Notes under the pieces: generated by a model | Database searches by the model: none | Told to the model about the DNA's origin: nothing | What the model saw: only the letters and a program-made list of their open reading frames with translations | Assembly: GCA_012295275.1 (NCBI GenBank) | Contig: CM022672.1 | Location: 19,592,001 to 19,656,000, forward strand | Reading direction: 5' to 3' | DNA from: Chrysomallon squamiferum | Lineage: Eukaryota > Animalia > Mollusca | DNA length: 64,000 nt | In this document: piece after piece, positions 51,981 through 64,000 of the stretch | How positions within the stretch are numbered: the first letter of the stretch is position 1 | Layout of the letters: each line of letters begins with the position of its first letter | Made by a program: the position numbers and the translations under genes

Positions 51981-52230
51981 TGGGTGATTTTGTTCACAGC
52001 GGATCCATTGTGATGGGTGATTCGTTCGCAGTGGATCTGTTGTGACGGCTGACTTTGTTCACAATGGATCACTTGTGATGGGTGATTCGTTCACAGTGGA
52101 TCTGTTGTGATGGGTGATTTTGTTCACAATGGATCACTTGTGATGGGTGATCCGTTCACAGTGGATCCATTGTGATGGGTGATTTTGTTCACAGTGGATC
52201 TGTTGTACTGGGTGACTGGACTACAGTGGA
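51981..52230 (+). repeat. 3' UTR tandem array of 7 full units plus 1 partial, alternating 33/32 bp, each with a near-palindromic TCACA(A/G)TGGATCCATTGTGA core
   Basis: Units start at 51981, 52014, 52046, 52079, 52111, 52144, 52176 and 52209. Confidence 0.93.
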
Positions 52231-55200
52231 CAACAAACAATGAGTTGTGTTCGGATGTGGTGGTGACGACTATAACGATGCAGTTGTAAATGTTCGGAGA
52301 AGCGGGTAGCCGTGGCAGCAGCCACTTGTCACTGCTCAACACTGTGACTGGGTCTTGCCACACTGTGTTACAACAACAACAACAACAACAACAACACTTA
52401 ATTTTTTAATGACTTACCTCTCTTGCCTGAGCTTGTGTATGACACTTGTAGGTTCTTCTGGGATTTCAATTCAGGGATTCAAAGCTGATAATTTATTTTA
52501 AATGCCCAGATCAGTTCAGATTTGTCTGACAGACCACGTATCACACATGTAACTCGACGGTGCATTTTGTTATCAAAACAAAGCAAAATAAAATCAGGGT
52601 TTGTTTAAATTCGCTAACTAAAAAGCTGGTGGAAATGAAGGTGTTGAACTTTTGTTTTCAGCTTACAGTTGTGTGTTCAAAAAGTACAGGCAGGCCACAT
52701 GGTGTGACAAGATTGTCGTTTTAAAATGATTGTCTGGTGCCTAGGAAGAAGATTTAGTGGTGAATCCCATCCACAATTTAATATCTGGCATTTGTTTTAA
52801 AAGGATCACATTGCTTTTAAATACACAATAATTAAATTTTTATTTTTATTTTTCAAAGAGTTAAATTATTTTCCTTTTATCCTTTGAAAATATAATTTTA
52901 CAGTCATAATGTTTTGAAAATGTTAATATTTTTACTTCGGTTTTAAAATTTTATTTTGCTACAAGGAACCCCCATTTATTTTTTTTAAACTACTAAATAG
53001 TTTACATTTTTATAGAAAACAATTTCTTTACTCTGTTGGATGGGTTTTAGAAGGAGCATCAGAAAGGAGGAAATAGAAACAGAAAAAGTTAACTGGTGTT
53101 TCTATGGAAATTCCATGACAGCAGAGTGCCAGTGAACAGTTGCATTTTAGAGCTGTATGCTGGTGAAGGAATGAATTTTCTTTGTAACAAGAAATCATGA
53201 AGAAAAAAGTTCCTTTGCATCTTGTGTTAATGCCTGCTGTTAAGTTGTACTGGACAAAAAAAAAAAAAAATAAAAAAAAAATAACATGTTACAATGTCAC
53301 ACCAAAGCAGAAGACTTTTTTTTTGTCAGTATTGCATTTCAAAGATCAGGGAATTTAATTGATATTATGAACATTTTTGGAACAATGATTAACAAGATGG
53401 CATCTTTAGAAAAAATAGAAATTGTTTGGATTTTTTTTTTCTTTTTTTTTATTTATTGATATATAAATATATATATATATAATTTTTTTTTTTTTGTCGA
53501 AGCAGTATTTGTTGAGTGGTTACAATATTTTTTTTTTTTTTTCAATATGGTGTATGAAAATTATTTAAAGCATTACAGATTTTGTTATTAAATGTCATCT
53601 TGAATTAATAATGTCCCAGTTTTTAATGTTCCCTTTGTGTATGTGTTTTTAAATGACTAATCTGTTCCCAGATCAATGTTCTGTATCCTGAAATATGTGT
53701 TCCTTGTGTTTGTACCATTTTCTCCATAACCTGTGACAATGATCAGGCAGCTGTTTTTCGAACGTTGGGTGTGTTTATTTTAGTGAAAAACAAGATTTGA
53801 AAGAAACACTCTTATTCAAAGAAGCATAGAGAAGATCTGATAGCAAAAACTTTTGTTATGTGATGCATAAATAAACAGATACTTTCAGTATGATAAGAAA
53901 ATGTTTTTTTTTTTCTGCAGCATTATATTTACAGTTTTTATCCTCAGAATTTTAGAATTAACAAATCATAGTTGTAATGAGATTTTATCTTCCACCATTT
54001 TGAAAAATTTATTGACATTGTTTCACAATTTTTATTATGTTTGTTAAGAGCTTTTTGCATTCAGATCTTCAGTGTAAAATATAAAAAATAAGAAGAAAAA
54101 AATATTTGGTAAATTTGTTAAAATTGGAAATAATATATAAAAAAAAAAAATAAAAACAAATATTTTTATTGTTATTTAAAGTACAGCTGTATAATTTTGT
54201 ATATTTCTTTTTCTTGTGTTATTGTTCAGGAGTACAGAATTCTAAATTGATTTTTTAAAAATATTTTAAAATTTATTTATTATTTCCATTTTAACAAATT
54301 TAAAACAGAACAAAAAGAAGTAGAAAAACTAAATAATTTTTTTTTTTTTTTTTTTATATTTTGGATTTGTTTTGCCAAAAACATACTGAATTTACAAAAA
54401 AGTAGAAAATAAAGTAATGTTAAATTTGTCACTGTTTGCCAAAAATTATTTAAGCATTGAAGCTTTCAAATTCATACTACGATAAATAAATACCTTTTCA
54501 TAGAATACTTAACTGTACAGATTTATTTAAATTAACAAATTAATTTTTAAATATTTATTTTTGTCAATTAATGTAAGCAAAAGATAAAAAAGTTACAAAA
54601 GTAAAACAAAGACAATAAGGTGTGACTTCATGTCTTGGTTTTTTTAAGTCTGTTTGCCTCTGCTTGCCACTTCAAATGGTTGTTTGTTTATATAACATTA
54701 TTAATTGTTTTTAATCTTTCTCTATTACTGTTAGCTTCCTATAAAATATTTTTGTTAAACGATATTTTGTTTGGTGTAAAGTTGATTAAAGCAGCAATGG
54801 TATCACTGTAATTTATTTTTTCATTTGAATTTATCTCTATGCCTGTAAATATTCATTTCATATGAATTAACATGAATACATTTTTAGAAGTAGAATTTAA
54901 ACTATGTACTAAAAAAAAAAAATGAAAAAAAATGAAAAAGAATAGTTAGAAATTTTTTTTCTTTCTAAAAACAACAATAAAAAAGACATCTAAAAAAAAA
55001 AAAAAAATTAAATCTAATGTTAATAAATAAATAATTTCAACTTAAAAACTGAAAAATTAAAACAATAAACAAATTTAAAAAAATAAAAAAAATTAAATGT
55101 TAAGAAAACAATTAAAATAAATATGTACAATCATATTTAAGTCCTTTTATTTAATGCTTTAACAATATATATATATATACACATATAGATATAGATACAT

Positions 55201-58200
55201 TAAAAATTGTATTAGTCCAAATCAACTCTCCATGCTTTTGTTGTTCTTGAAATGTTTATGTTTTTGTTTGGTTTTATTTTTTGATGTGTTGTGTTTTGTT
55301 TTATTTTCTGATGTGTTTTGTTTTGTGTTGTTCATCTTGATATTCAGTAGACGGGAAAGTATTAATTTATTATTTTTTATATATACCTCAGTCCAACCAG
55401 TGTACCTCAGTTTCGTTTGTAACCATGGTAACCACAGTGTTCATACATTGTATAGATCGTAGGATGTTAGAGATGAGTATATATATATATGTGTGTGTGT
55501 AGAAATGCTGTTCTCTGCATATCCTTATTATTAATAATATTATTTTTTATACATGATAATTTGAGGCTTAATTCTGCTGCAGTATTTAGTATCTTACTTT
55601 AAATATTTATAAATAAAACAAGAAATACTTTGCTTTTATTTATAACTTTAGTATAGATTTGTGTTCTGTGATAGAAAAAAAACAAAACAACATTAACAAA
55701 CATTTGTTATTATTATTTTATTTTTTTACCAAAATAAATGATAAAACATAATAAATAAAACAGAGCTCAGGAAAAACGAAAAAGACAAAATCATATTCAT
55801 GAAGGACTATGGTTATGTCATTGATACAGCAGTTTTGGAAGATGTTTGTGCTAAACACCAAACTTTATTGGTTTGGAAGTGTGTATTAATAATAAAATTC
55901 TGCCAAAAATTATTTATTTCAGGTCATTATGACAGTATTTTGAAATATTTTTATGTAACATTTAGAAATAATGTTTAGTTAAAAATAACTGCGGCAGAAA
56001 GTCTCCATTTTGTAAATTAATAAATTTATGCTCCACCCCATAGGAAAAGATTATTTTAAAAAAAATGAAAAAAAGTTCAAAATGTTTTTTTATTTTTGTT
56101 TGAAGTAACTGATAGTGTTTTTATGGTTTTGAAATTTTTCTGTAAATGAAAGATGAATTGATTTTTATTATAATTTTTTTTTTTTTTTACATTTTACATC
56201 AAGCAAACATATTTATGATCCTGCTGAATTGTTATTTATTTTTTAAATAATAGTAAAAAAATCATAACTTTTACATTGCTTCTACTCACTTATTACATTA
56301 AAACTCCATTACATTGCAAGAAAATGTTGTAATAATAAAAATAAATAAAAATAAATGAATTGAAATGAAAAATAATGAAACGAAATGAAATAAAATAATC
56401 CATTTGTTAATTTAAACATTTTTCAAAAATGAAATAGCAGACTGTAACTTGGTCTGCCCAAGCTGAAATTTATTTTTTCCTTGTTATGGTTCATATACTT
56501 TGTTGATGTAAGTTATGTACATAATATATCTATACCTATCTATCTATCTATATATATATTAGTAAACATTTTTGTTTTTACACAAAACATGACTTGTATA
56601 TTTTTTTCAGTCTTCGTTGTTGTGTAGTTCATTGTGGTTTTTTTTTTTTTTTTTTTGCTGTAAGTATATTTTAAGGCTGTGCTAAATAATGTAAATATTT
56701 TACATAGTTTTTTTAAATTTTATTTTAGGGTTTTTTGACATAAATCTCGCCATTGTGAGGAACATTACAGTATGGAAAATTTGTGTCAAATACATTCATA
56801 TTATTATATATTTATTGCTGTCTGATAATGGTAGATGATCTGAGAGTATCATTCAGTCATTTCTTCATTCTCATGTTCATTCAAATTAAGATCTGAAGCA
56901 AAATTGAAACAGAAGTATCAAACATTTAAAAAAAAAAAATTATTATTATTTTATTATCAGTAGTTATTGTTATTATTATCAATATTGTATTACTACTACT
57001 GTATTATCATTAATATTGTATTCTTAGTCTATAATAATTATTGTTAGTATATTTTTTTCTTTCAAATTATTCTTTGTAACATAATAATTCATAATTCATG
57101 TCTTTGCAGTAGTGTCTGCCTGTCTTATGCACACATTATCAACAAACCTTTCATTAATGACTTAACTTCTGTCCTTTTCTAGTCTGAGTTTTCAGTCAAA
57201 CATTACTGTACATACATGCATGAAGCAGCCAAAGTGTCTATACAGAACAAAAGTAGATTATAATCATTTCGACTTGATTGTGTTAGCCATTAGCAAAATT
57301 AATTTAATATCAATCTTCAGTGACAAAATAAAATAAATATTGTGTTTATGAGTTAAGTGAAATAGATTAATATGTTCCATTACATTTATTTCTTTTCATT
57401 TCAGTTTTTATATCTCTCCATGATCTATTTTCCCCCTCTCATTTCTTCCACCACATTTTGACTTTTTTCTTTCCTGCCTTTCATTTATTATATAACTGTC
57501 TCTGGTTTTTTTTTTTTTTTTTATTTTCTGGGGGTTTTTCTTCTTAAAAAAAAAAAAGAAAAAAGAAATGTCTCCATCCCTCTGTCTCATTAAATCCCAT
57601 TAAATAATGTGTTATAGATACATAAATGAAATCATGAATTTCGAGTAATTTATATTAAGCTGCTAAACTTCATATACATGAGATATTTATGTTTATCTCA
57701 AGTAAATTTTCAGCAAACTAAAACAAAATTACTGGATAAAATATTAAAGATGTATGTTTTTAAATCAATAGTAATAATAATTCAGATTTTAAGATTTTAA
57801 AAATTTAGTACTTCATGTTAATTGGACAATTAAACTTGTTAATGAAATGAAGTTAAATTAACTTGTAAATTAACCAGAATTTACTCACAGATATCTGTGT
57901 GAACTCAAAGCTACGTTAATAAGTCATGGCTGTTTCAATATTATTTCCTGTATTCAAGAGACTTTTTATGAAATTATTGTTTTCTTTTTGAACACTTTAT
58001 AACTATATTTTACTGCTACTATCTCTGATAGGTACTTCTACAACATTTGTTCTGAAACTTTTCTTTATATATATATATATATATATATTTATTTATTTTC
58101 ATTTTTTTTTTTCAGCCTGAATGAATTTAATTATCATTGCTATAATTGAAGCTTAGTGAATTTTTTTTTTAGACCTCTTACGGGTAGCATTATAAATGAG

Positions 58201-61200
58201 GTCTAGAAAATACTTTCACTTGTGTTGTTATGGTTACTGTAGCAGAGCCAATCAGAAAAGCTGACACATATTTATGACTACTTTGTAGGAAGGTAATTTA
58301 GTGGCTTTTAGAATCCCTATCTTTACATGCTTTTTTAGAGAAAGGTTTTTTTTTTTTGTTTTTTTTCTCACTTTTATAAAATGACAGATCACGGCACTGA
58401 GAAACAGGTTATAATTCTGAGTAACAAATGGATACAGAATACTTGCAGCATGAAACAAAAATTTAATTATTCTCTGTTCTCATTGTATTTCTTAAAATCA
58501 CGTGTACTAAATTTTACATGGGAGCAGAAATTGTTTTATAGTATTATAATGCAATATAAATTATTTGATTATGAAATGAAATTTTAAAATCCAGAGCCAT
58601 TCTTTTAAGAAATCCTTTAATGTTTGTTATTTGCTAATTATGTGTTGTTTTAATATTAAAAGAAATAACCCTAGATTTACAATATTTAAATTTGGAAGTA
58701 CCATTTCTAATAGATATGATTGTGCTTTAAAAAAAGTATTGAGCATGGTAGAAAAAAAAGAAAAAAAAAAAAGAGGTAGGATAAAAATGTGTTACTTCTT
58801 AATTTATAATATTACACTTTTATTTAGTAACAGTGAAATTAAACTATTTCAACTACAAAAGAACAAAAAGAAAAGGTAACATGAAACTGTTAATTACACA
58901 TTTTGAAAATTATTTCATACGTATATGTGAAATATTAAGATTGAAATATTTGAAATTAAAACACTACATATACTATTTGTTATCTTTTACTGCCCAAATT
59001 TTTATATTATATATTTTCTTTTGGTTTTTTTCTCTCTCCATCATTTAATAAATAATTAATTAGTTAATTAAGTCAATTACAGAAATCCTTTCAGATGAAA
59101 GTTCCAGCCATTATGAAAATGTGGATTACTGTCTTGATTTTTACAACATTATTTAAAAGATTATTAAAAAAAATTATTCTACCACTTGTACACTTCTTAC
59201 TAAAAGCCATATTTGATATTGCAATGCTTTGTAAATTGTTGCAACAAATGGCAGCAAATTGTTGATTATTATTGGTTAGTTTGGAATCTTTTTCACTTTA
59301 TTATTACAGTTTTTCTGTTTCTGACTGAAAAGGCAGCTGGCTGTTACAAAAAAAAAGACAATCACATAATATTTTGTCACTTCTTTGTAAATACTCCTCC
59401 CGGTTTTCCACATTGTGTCCTGTGATGTGTTTTTATAGTTCAGTTGTACTGAGTTTTTGACTTTTCTACCAGTTTTATGGCAACGTAAATGGCTCTATAA
59501 AGTTTCTGAAAGGTGTAGTGGATTTGAATGCTGCATAAAATAATAATTATGAAAGATACGGTTAGTAAATAAATAATTGGCCAAACACATGCTGCAAACT
59601 CAAAAAAATAACTGTTTAGTTGTTTTGCGCAAGTCCAAACTTTACTACTAATAAAGTATGATGATGATGATAATACAAGTCCATATTTTTCCCTTCTTTC
59701 TCAAACAGTTGTGACTTTAAGAAGGCATAATAGATATAATAATAAATAAAGACATTGTCAGTTAATTATTTATTTATACTGAAACCAAACAAATCTCTGT
59801 GCTTGTTTAATGACATTTTTAAATTATTGTATATTTCACACTGAGCAAAGACAAGCTACAAAAAATTAGGTAAATGTCAAATTTAGGTAGGTTATTTGTT
59901 AACATCATCAGAGTTGTGTCTTAAAGCAGTCTGTCTGTCTATGGGTTTCACTAATTCTTAAGAGAAAAGTTTTTAAAAATAATAATAATAATAAATATTT
60001 CAGTTTTAGCTGTAATTAATAATTTGACAGAATAATTACAGGGCACTAAGTTACCACTATTATTTATCCTCTTATGTGAAAATGTAGGGAACAGAAACAT
60101 ACAACATCATCAAGGCAGAATATTTACCCCATATTAAAAAAAATTTTTTTTTTTAAAAACGTAATAAAAATAAAATAATTACATGATTTTTTTTTTTAAA
60201 TCTCAGGTTATATTTGTTTGCAGTTACACTTAAATATTGGTATGCAAGCACTGTCTCAGGAGATATAAAAAAGAGATGCAAGGAGAGAAAAAAATGATGA
60301 AAAAGACAGAAAATCAAAAGATAATGTTAGAGACTCCAGAAAATTTTGTTAATTATAAAATCAGAGATTTCAAATTTCTTAGGTTGTTATTATTTTTATT
60401 ATTATTATTTTAATCATCATTATCATCATAATTATAATTATTATTATTAAATGCAGTTATGTATGGCTAATTATGGAATTAGTAAACATGGCCATAGATT
60501 ATGATAAGCACAAATTTGTTTCAGTTTATTTGTTATATTAATTGATTTTAATGTTAGGCAAAAAAAAAAAAAAAAAAAAAAACCCAGAATAATAACAACA
60601 TGTACAGTTAACATTTCTGGGAAGAAGTGTAAGTTTTAAAATCTGAATTCACTTTTTTTCTTCTTCAGTTTATTATTAATTGCTGTTATTGTTACAGTCA
60701 CTATAATTATTTTTAGTGGCAGTTATTATGTCTTTAATTATGTTAAGTGAAAAGTACTGTCACTATAATTATTTTAAGTAAAAGTTATTTTAAGTATTTT
60801 AGTAAAATGTTGGCATTTTTACCAAGTTTGCTTGCTTGTAAGTCAGTGTACTGTTTGATAAACATTATTTTATATAATTATTCTACTTACAATGTTGAAT
60901 TGTTTATCAAATGTATTTGTCATTGTCATACTGTAGGATGGTGTATGTTGGGGGTGGGGTTTCAATGATTTTGAAAGACTGTATTAAATTTATCAGCATT
61001 ATGGAAATTTGTGCATAATAAAAAAATAAAAATAAAAATATATAAAAATATATAAAATAAATTAAAATGCACCCAGTAAAATTCTTATCTAACAAAAAGT
61101 ATTATAACACCCTACAGCTATGACAGTTTTGTTCAGGGAAAGAAAAAGAAAAAAATGTATTTTATTATTATTTTTTTTTTTTTTGGTATCTAGTCTGTTG

Positions 61201-61304
61201 GTAGAATTGAGGACAGGACAGGTTATGTTTTACATTTTGAATAATGTATTGACTGATGAAATAATAATTTTAAAAAGTTATGATGATCATTTATGATTAA
61301 CAAA

Positions 61305-61335
<31 letters not shown>

Positions 61336-61401
61336 ATTAAGTACCTCAGATTTATTTACCTCATTAATTTTAATATTTACAATAATTCTTGTGCCTAAAA
61401 T

Positions 61402-61440
<39 letters not shown>

Positions 61441-62156
61441 TTTGGTATAAGGAAAAAAGTAAATAAATAATTAACTAAAAAATACAAGTCCTATGGGAAC
61501 AAAAGTTAAATGCTGTTCTGCTATGCAAACCACCTCATGTTTTATTATTATTTGATATTAAAATAACCAAAAAAAAAAACACACAACTAATTCAATTATT
61601 GTTAGCTATATCATGCAGAAATGTATATATGCTTTAGTATAAAGCTTATTCTTAAATCATTAAAATTGTTGCATTTTCATCTCATTCTCATTATTAATAA
61701 TAATATACCTTTAATATTTTTAAATTTTGTTTTAAAATTCAAGAAAAGAATAATATAGTTTAAAATTAAAAAAATGGTTTGGTTTGAAGTATGTTTCAAA
61801 TAGATTATTGTTGTACTGCATAATAGTAATAAATAAAACAGATTTTAAAAAAAGTAAGATGTATTTCACAAATATGTTTTTTAGTTTTAATCGTTTTATT
61901 TTAGTTCATTGAAATACTCAATTTAAAAGTTATTGTTATTATTTAATATAATGTATATTATATAGGTAGAAGAAAAAACTTAAACATGGATACATGAATG
62001 CAGAATAATTTTAGTTTTTTTTTAAATTATGTTTCTCATTCATAATTATTTAATGAATTATTTCCCTTTAGTAAGTCTTGCATAAGAGAAATTTAAGAAA
62101 AATGTAACTGCATTAATTAATGTTTCACATATTAATTACAATAGCAGTGAAATACA

Positions 62157-62214
<58 letters not shown>

Positions 62215-62923
62215 GAATGACATTTGTTTCCTTTTTAATTCAAATACTTATTTTAAAATCAGTATGTTACCCGAGTGAGCCTTCCAGTTACACAGAAACT
62301 GTAACTGACTGTAACACGGTCAGCTGGACAAATTAACGTATATTTCTGATGGCTATTTTTATACGTACTTGTGTTGTTGTTAGTCACATTCTCATTAAAA
62401 GCTGGTTATTTCACAGTGTTACATATTATAATGTGTTACGTATACAGTATACCGGCTGTTTAATTTGTAAGCACCTAGAACATACGCCATATATATATAT
62501 ATATCTATATATATATATAATATTATTATTATATATATAATACATATAATACGTCATGGATTTTGTTTTTTGTTTTTTTTCATGAAAATGTACATTTGTT
62601 TCCAAAGAAAAGAATAAATAATCCACAAGTTGTGTGATAAATGTGGTATTTTACTTGTTTTTTTTTTTTTCTTTCTTGTTTGTATTTGTACATTGATGTA
62701 CATGTGAGCACGTACTTTTGTTTGCGTATATGTTTAGATGGGTTTTTGTTCAGTAAGAAAATTGACATCATTTGAAATTAATTTTGAACATCAGTTAATT
62801 ACAATAAAACAAGCTGATTTCATTTATAATTTATTCAGTAGTCTGGACAATAGATTACTGGTCTCTCAAGATAATAACCTATAATGTGTGGATATTTTAA
62901 AGTTAAAGGTAAATAATCCTTAC

Positions 62924-62942
62924 TGAAGAAAATTTCTGAAGA
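62924..62942 (-). CDS. Candidate 19-nt micro-exon continuing the 63506-63557 frame (FFRNFL-)
   Basis: Minus strand reads ttttatctcatatttcag|TCTTCAGAAATTTTCTTCA|gtaagg, and the frame stays open when joined to the upstream exon. Confidence 0.3.
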
Positions 62943-63339
62943 CTGAAATATGAGATAAAATAAAGAACAGATATAGTTACAATAATACAGTGTGTGTATG
63001 TGTGTGTGTGTGTGTGTGTGTTTATTATACAGGGCGATAACTAAACTTTTTGAAATGATTCAAAAACACTTATTGTGGATAAAAAATGTGGGAGAAGTGT
63101 TTGGGGGCTTCAAACGGTAATCGTAGACATAAAGAATTAATTCAGTGGATATCGTTTCTATCGCAATGGAGATTTATATTTTATTTATTTATTTATTTTT
63201 TTAAATAAAACCTTTTCATAATAATTTTTTTTTAAAAGATCGTCAATTTAGGTATGAGGTATTTGCCTCAATGTAGTTATGGCCATCACACACACACACA
63301 CACACACACACACGAAGACTAATCGAAATGATAATTTGA

Positions 63340-63860
63340 GTAATTGACTTGAAGAAGAGTTTTTAATCCTGCTGTAGGTTTTTTCCAGTAATTTACGGAA
63401 ACTGCGCCTGTTGCAAGCACTAAAATTATCAACTACAAAATCTGAACATACAAGTTCGATCCATGGTTTTTCAAGTCTTTAAACACACACACACACGTTA
63501 CTTACACTGATCGTCATGACAATCTTCATAACAATCGCATACAATATCATCTGCCATTTTTAACTTTATCCATATACTTGGGCATCCCATAATGTCGGTC
63601 ACTTTCGTCGCTAGGCAATCGGTAAGAAAATGCAATAACGCCGATGCGCACCTCTGATTTTATACTTCAGCCTGTTCACTTAGTGATGTGTTATCAAGCA
63701 TTTGTGAAAAAAACCTCTGCTACAATGGCTACAAGCATCCCGCAGATGGTACAGATAAATCCTCCAAATGCTGTATGTTTTGAAGGTTTGTGATGAACAT
63801 TATTTTATAACGCAAGCATTAACGTATTTACTTTTTCAAGCATACAGTTAGATTGCGGAA
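63340..63860. promoter_or_regulatory. CpG-enriched candidate (bidirectional) promoter region
   Basis: Visibly higher CpG density than the CpG-poor gene body. Contains YY1-like GCCATTTT (63553-63560), ZNF143-like TCCCATAATG (63585-63594), X-box-like GTCGCTAGGCAAT (63607-63619) and outward-facing splice donors on both strands. Confidence 0.45.
63506..63557 (-). CDS. Candidate first coding exon of an unidentified minus-strand gene (MADDIVCDCYEDCHDDQ-)
   Basis: aaaATGG start context, 52-bp open frame ending in a consensus |GTAAGT donor, inside a CpG-enriched region. No homology recognised. Confidence 0.4.
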
Positions 63861-63883
63861 ATTTAAGCTAGGCTTTTGTTTAT

Positions 63884-63886
<3 letters not shown>

Positions 63887-63975
<89 letters not shown>
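63887..63975. repeat. (TA)n microsatellite
   Basis: Direct reading. Confidence 0.95.
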
Positions 63976-63977
<2 letters not shown>

Positions 63978-64000
63978 CTTAGTGAAAACAATTTAAAAAT

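Noticed and set aside
51981-52230. CRISPR-like appearance, and iron-responsive-element-like CAGTG motifs, in the 3' UTR array
   Set aside because: The linkers are near-constant rather than unique spacers, the context is eukaryotic and there are no cas genes. The CAGTGG motifs lack the flanking 5-bp stem and bulged C of an IRE.
52230-59000. Defining the 3' UTR end or poly(A) site
   Set aside because: AATAAA is too frequent in this AT-rich DNA to choose a site without transcript data.
63027-63170. TACAGGGCG... resembling a Tc1/mariner terminal repeat
   Set aside because: No matching opposite end or transposase remnant found in the window.

Overview
Very AT-rich, microsatellite-dense animal genomic DNA, not prokaryotic. 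An invertebrate is likely and a gastropod mollusc is plausible, by inference from SINE-like remnants and composition. Nearly all ORFs in the six-frame track are simple-repeat artefacts. The real content is one large spliced + strand gene that I assembled by hand from 14 GT-AG, phase-compatible coding exons (19475-51926, about 800 aa). It is a TGF-beta receptor type 3 (betaglycan/endoglin family) protein with an orphan domain, a 10-Cys ZP module, an acidic SGSG glycosaminoglycan site, a betaglycan-type transmembrane helix and a short tail. The signal-peptide exon was not found and probably lies upstream, making 1-19474 intronic; a 21.8-kb intron spans 21109-42948. One exon (44152-44343) is 1 nt short and frameshifts the ORF, most likely an assembly indel. 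Notable non-coding structures are an array of hairpin-caged splice-donor motifs (5.2-8.1 kb), a 190-bp fold-back (32.4-32.6 kb), a palindromic 32/33-bp tandem array just after the stop codon, CpG-rich intronic islands with antisense splice signals, and a CpG-rich candidate bidirectional promoter at about 63.5 kb with a possible minus-strand micro-exon gene. I found no clear new multi-gene system; the best leads are RNA-structure and splicing features.
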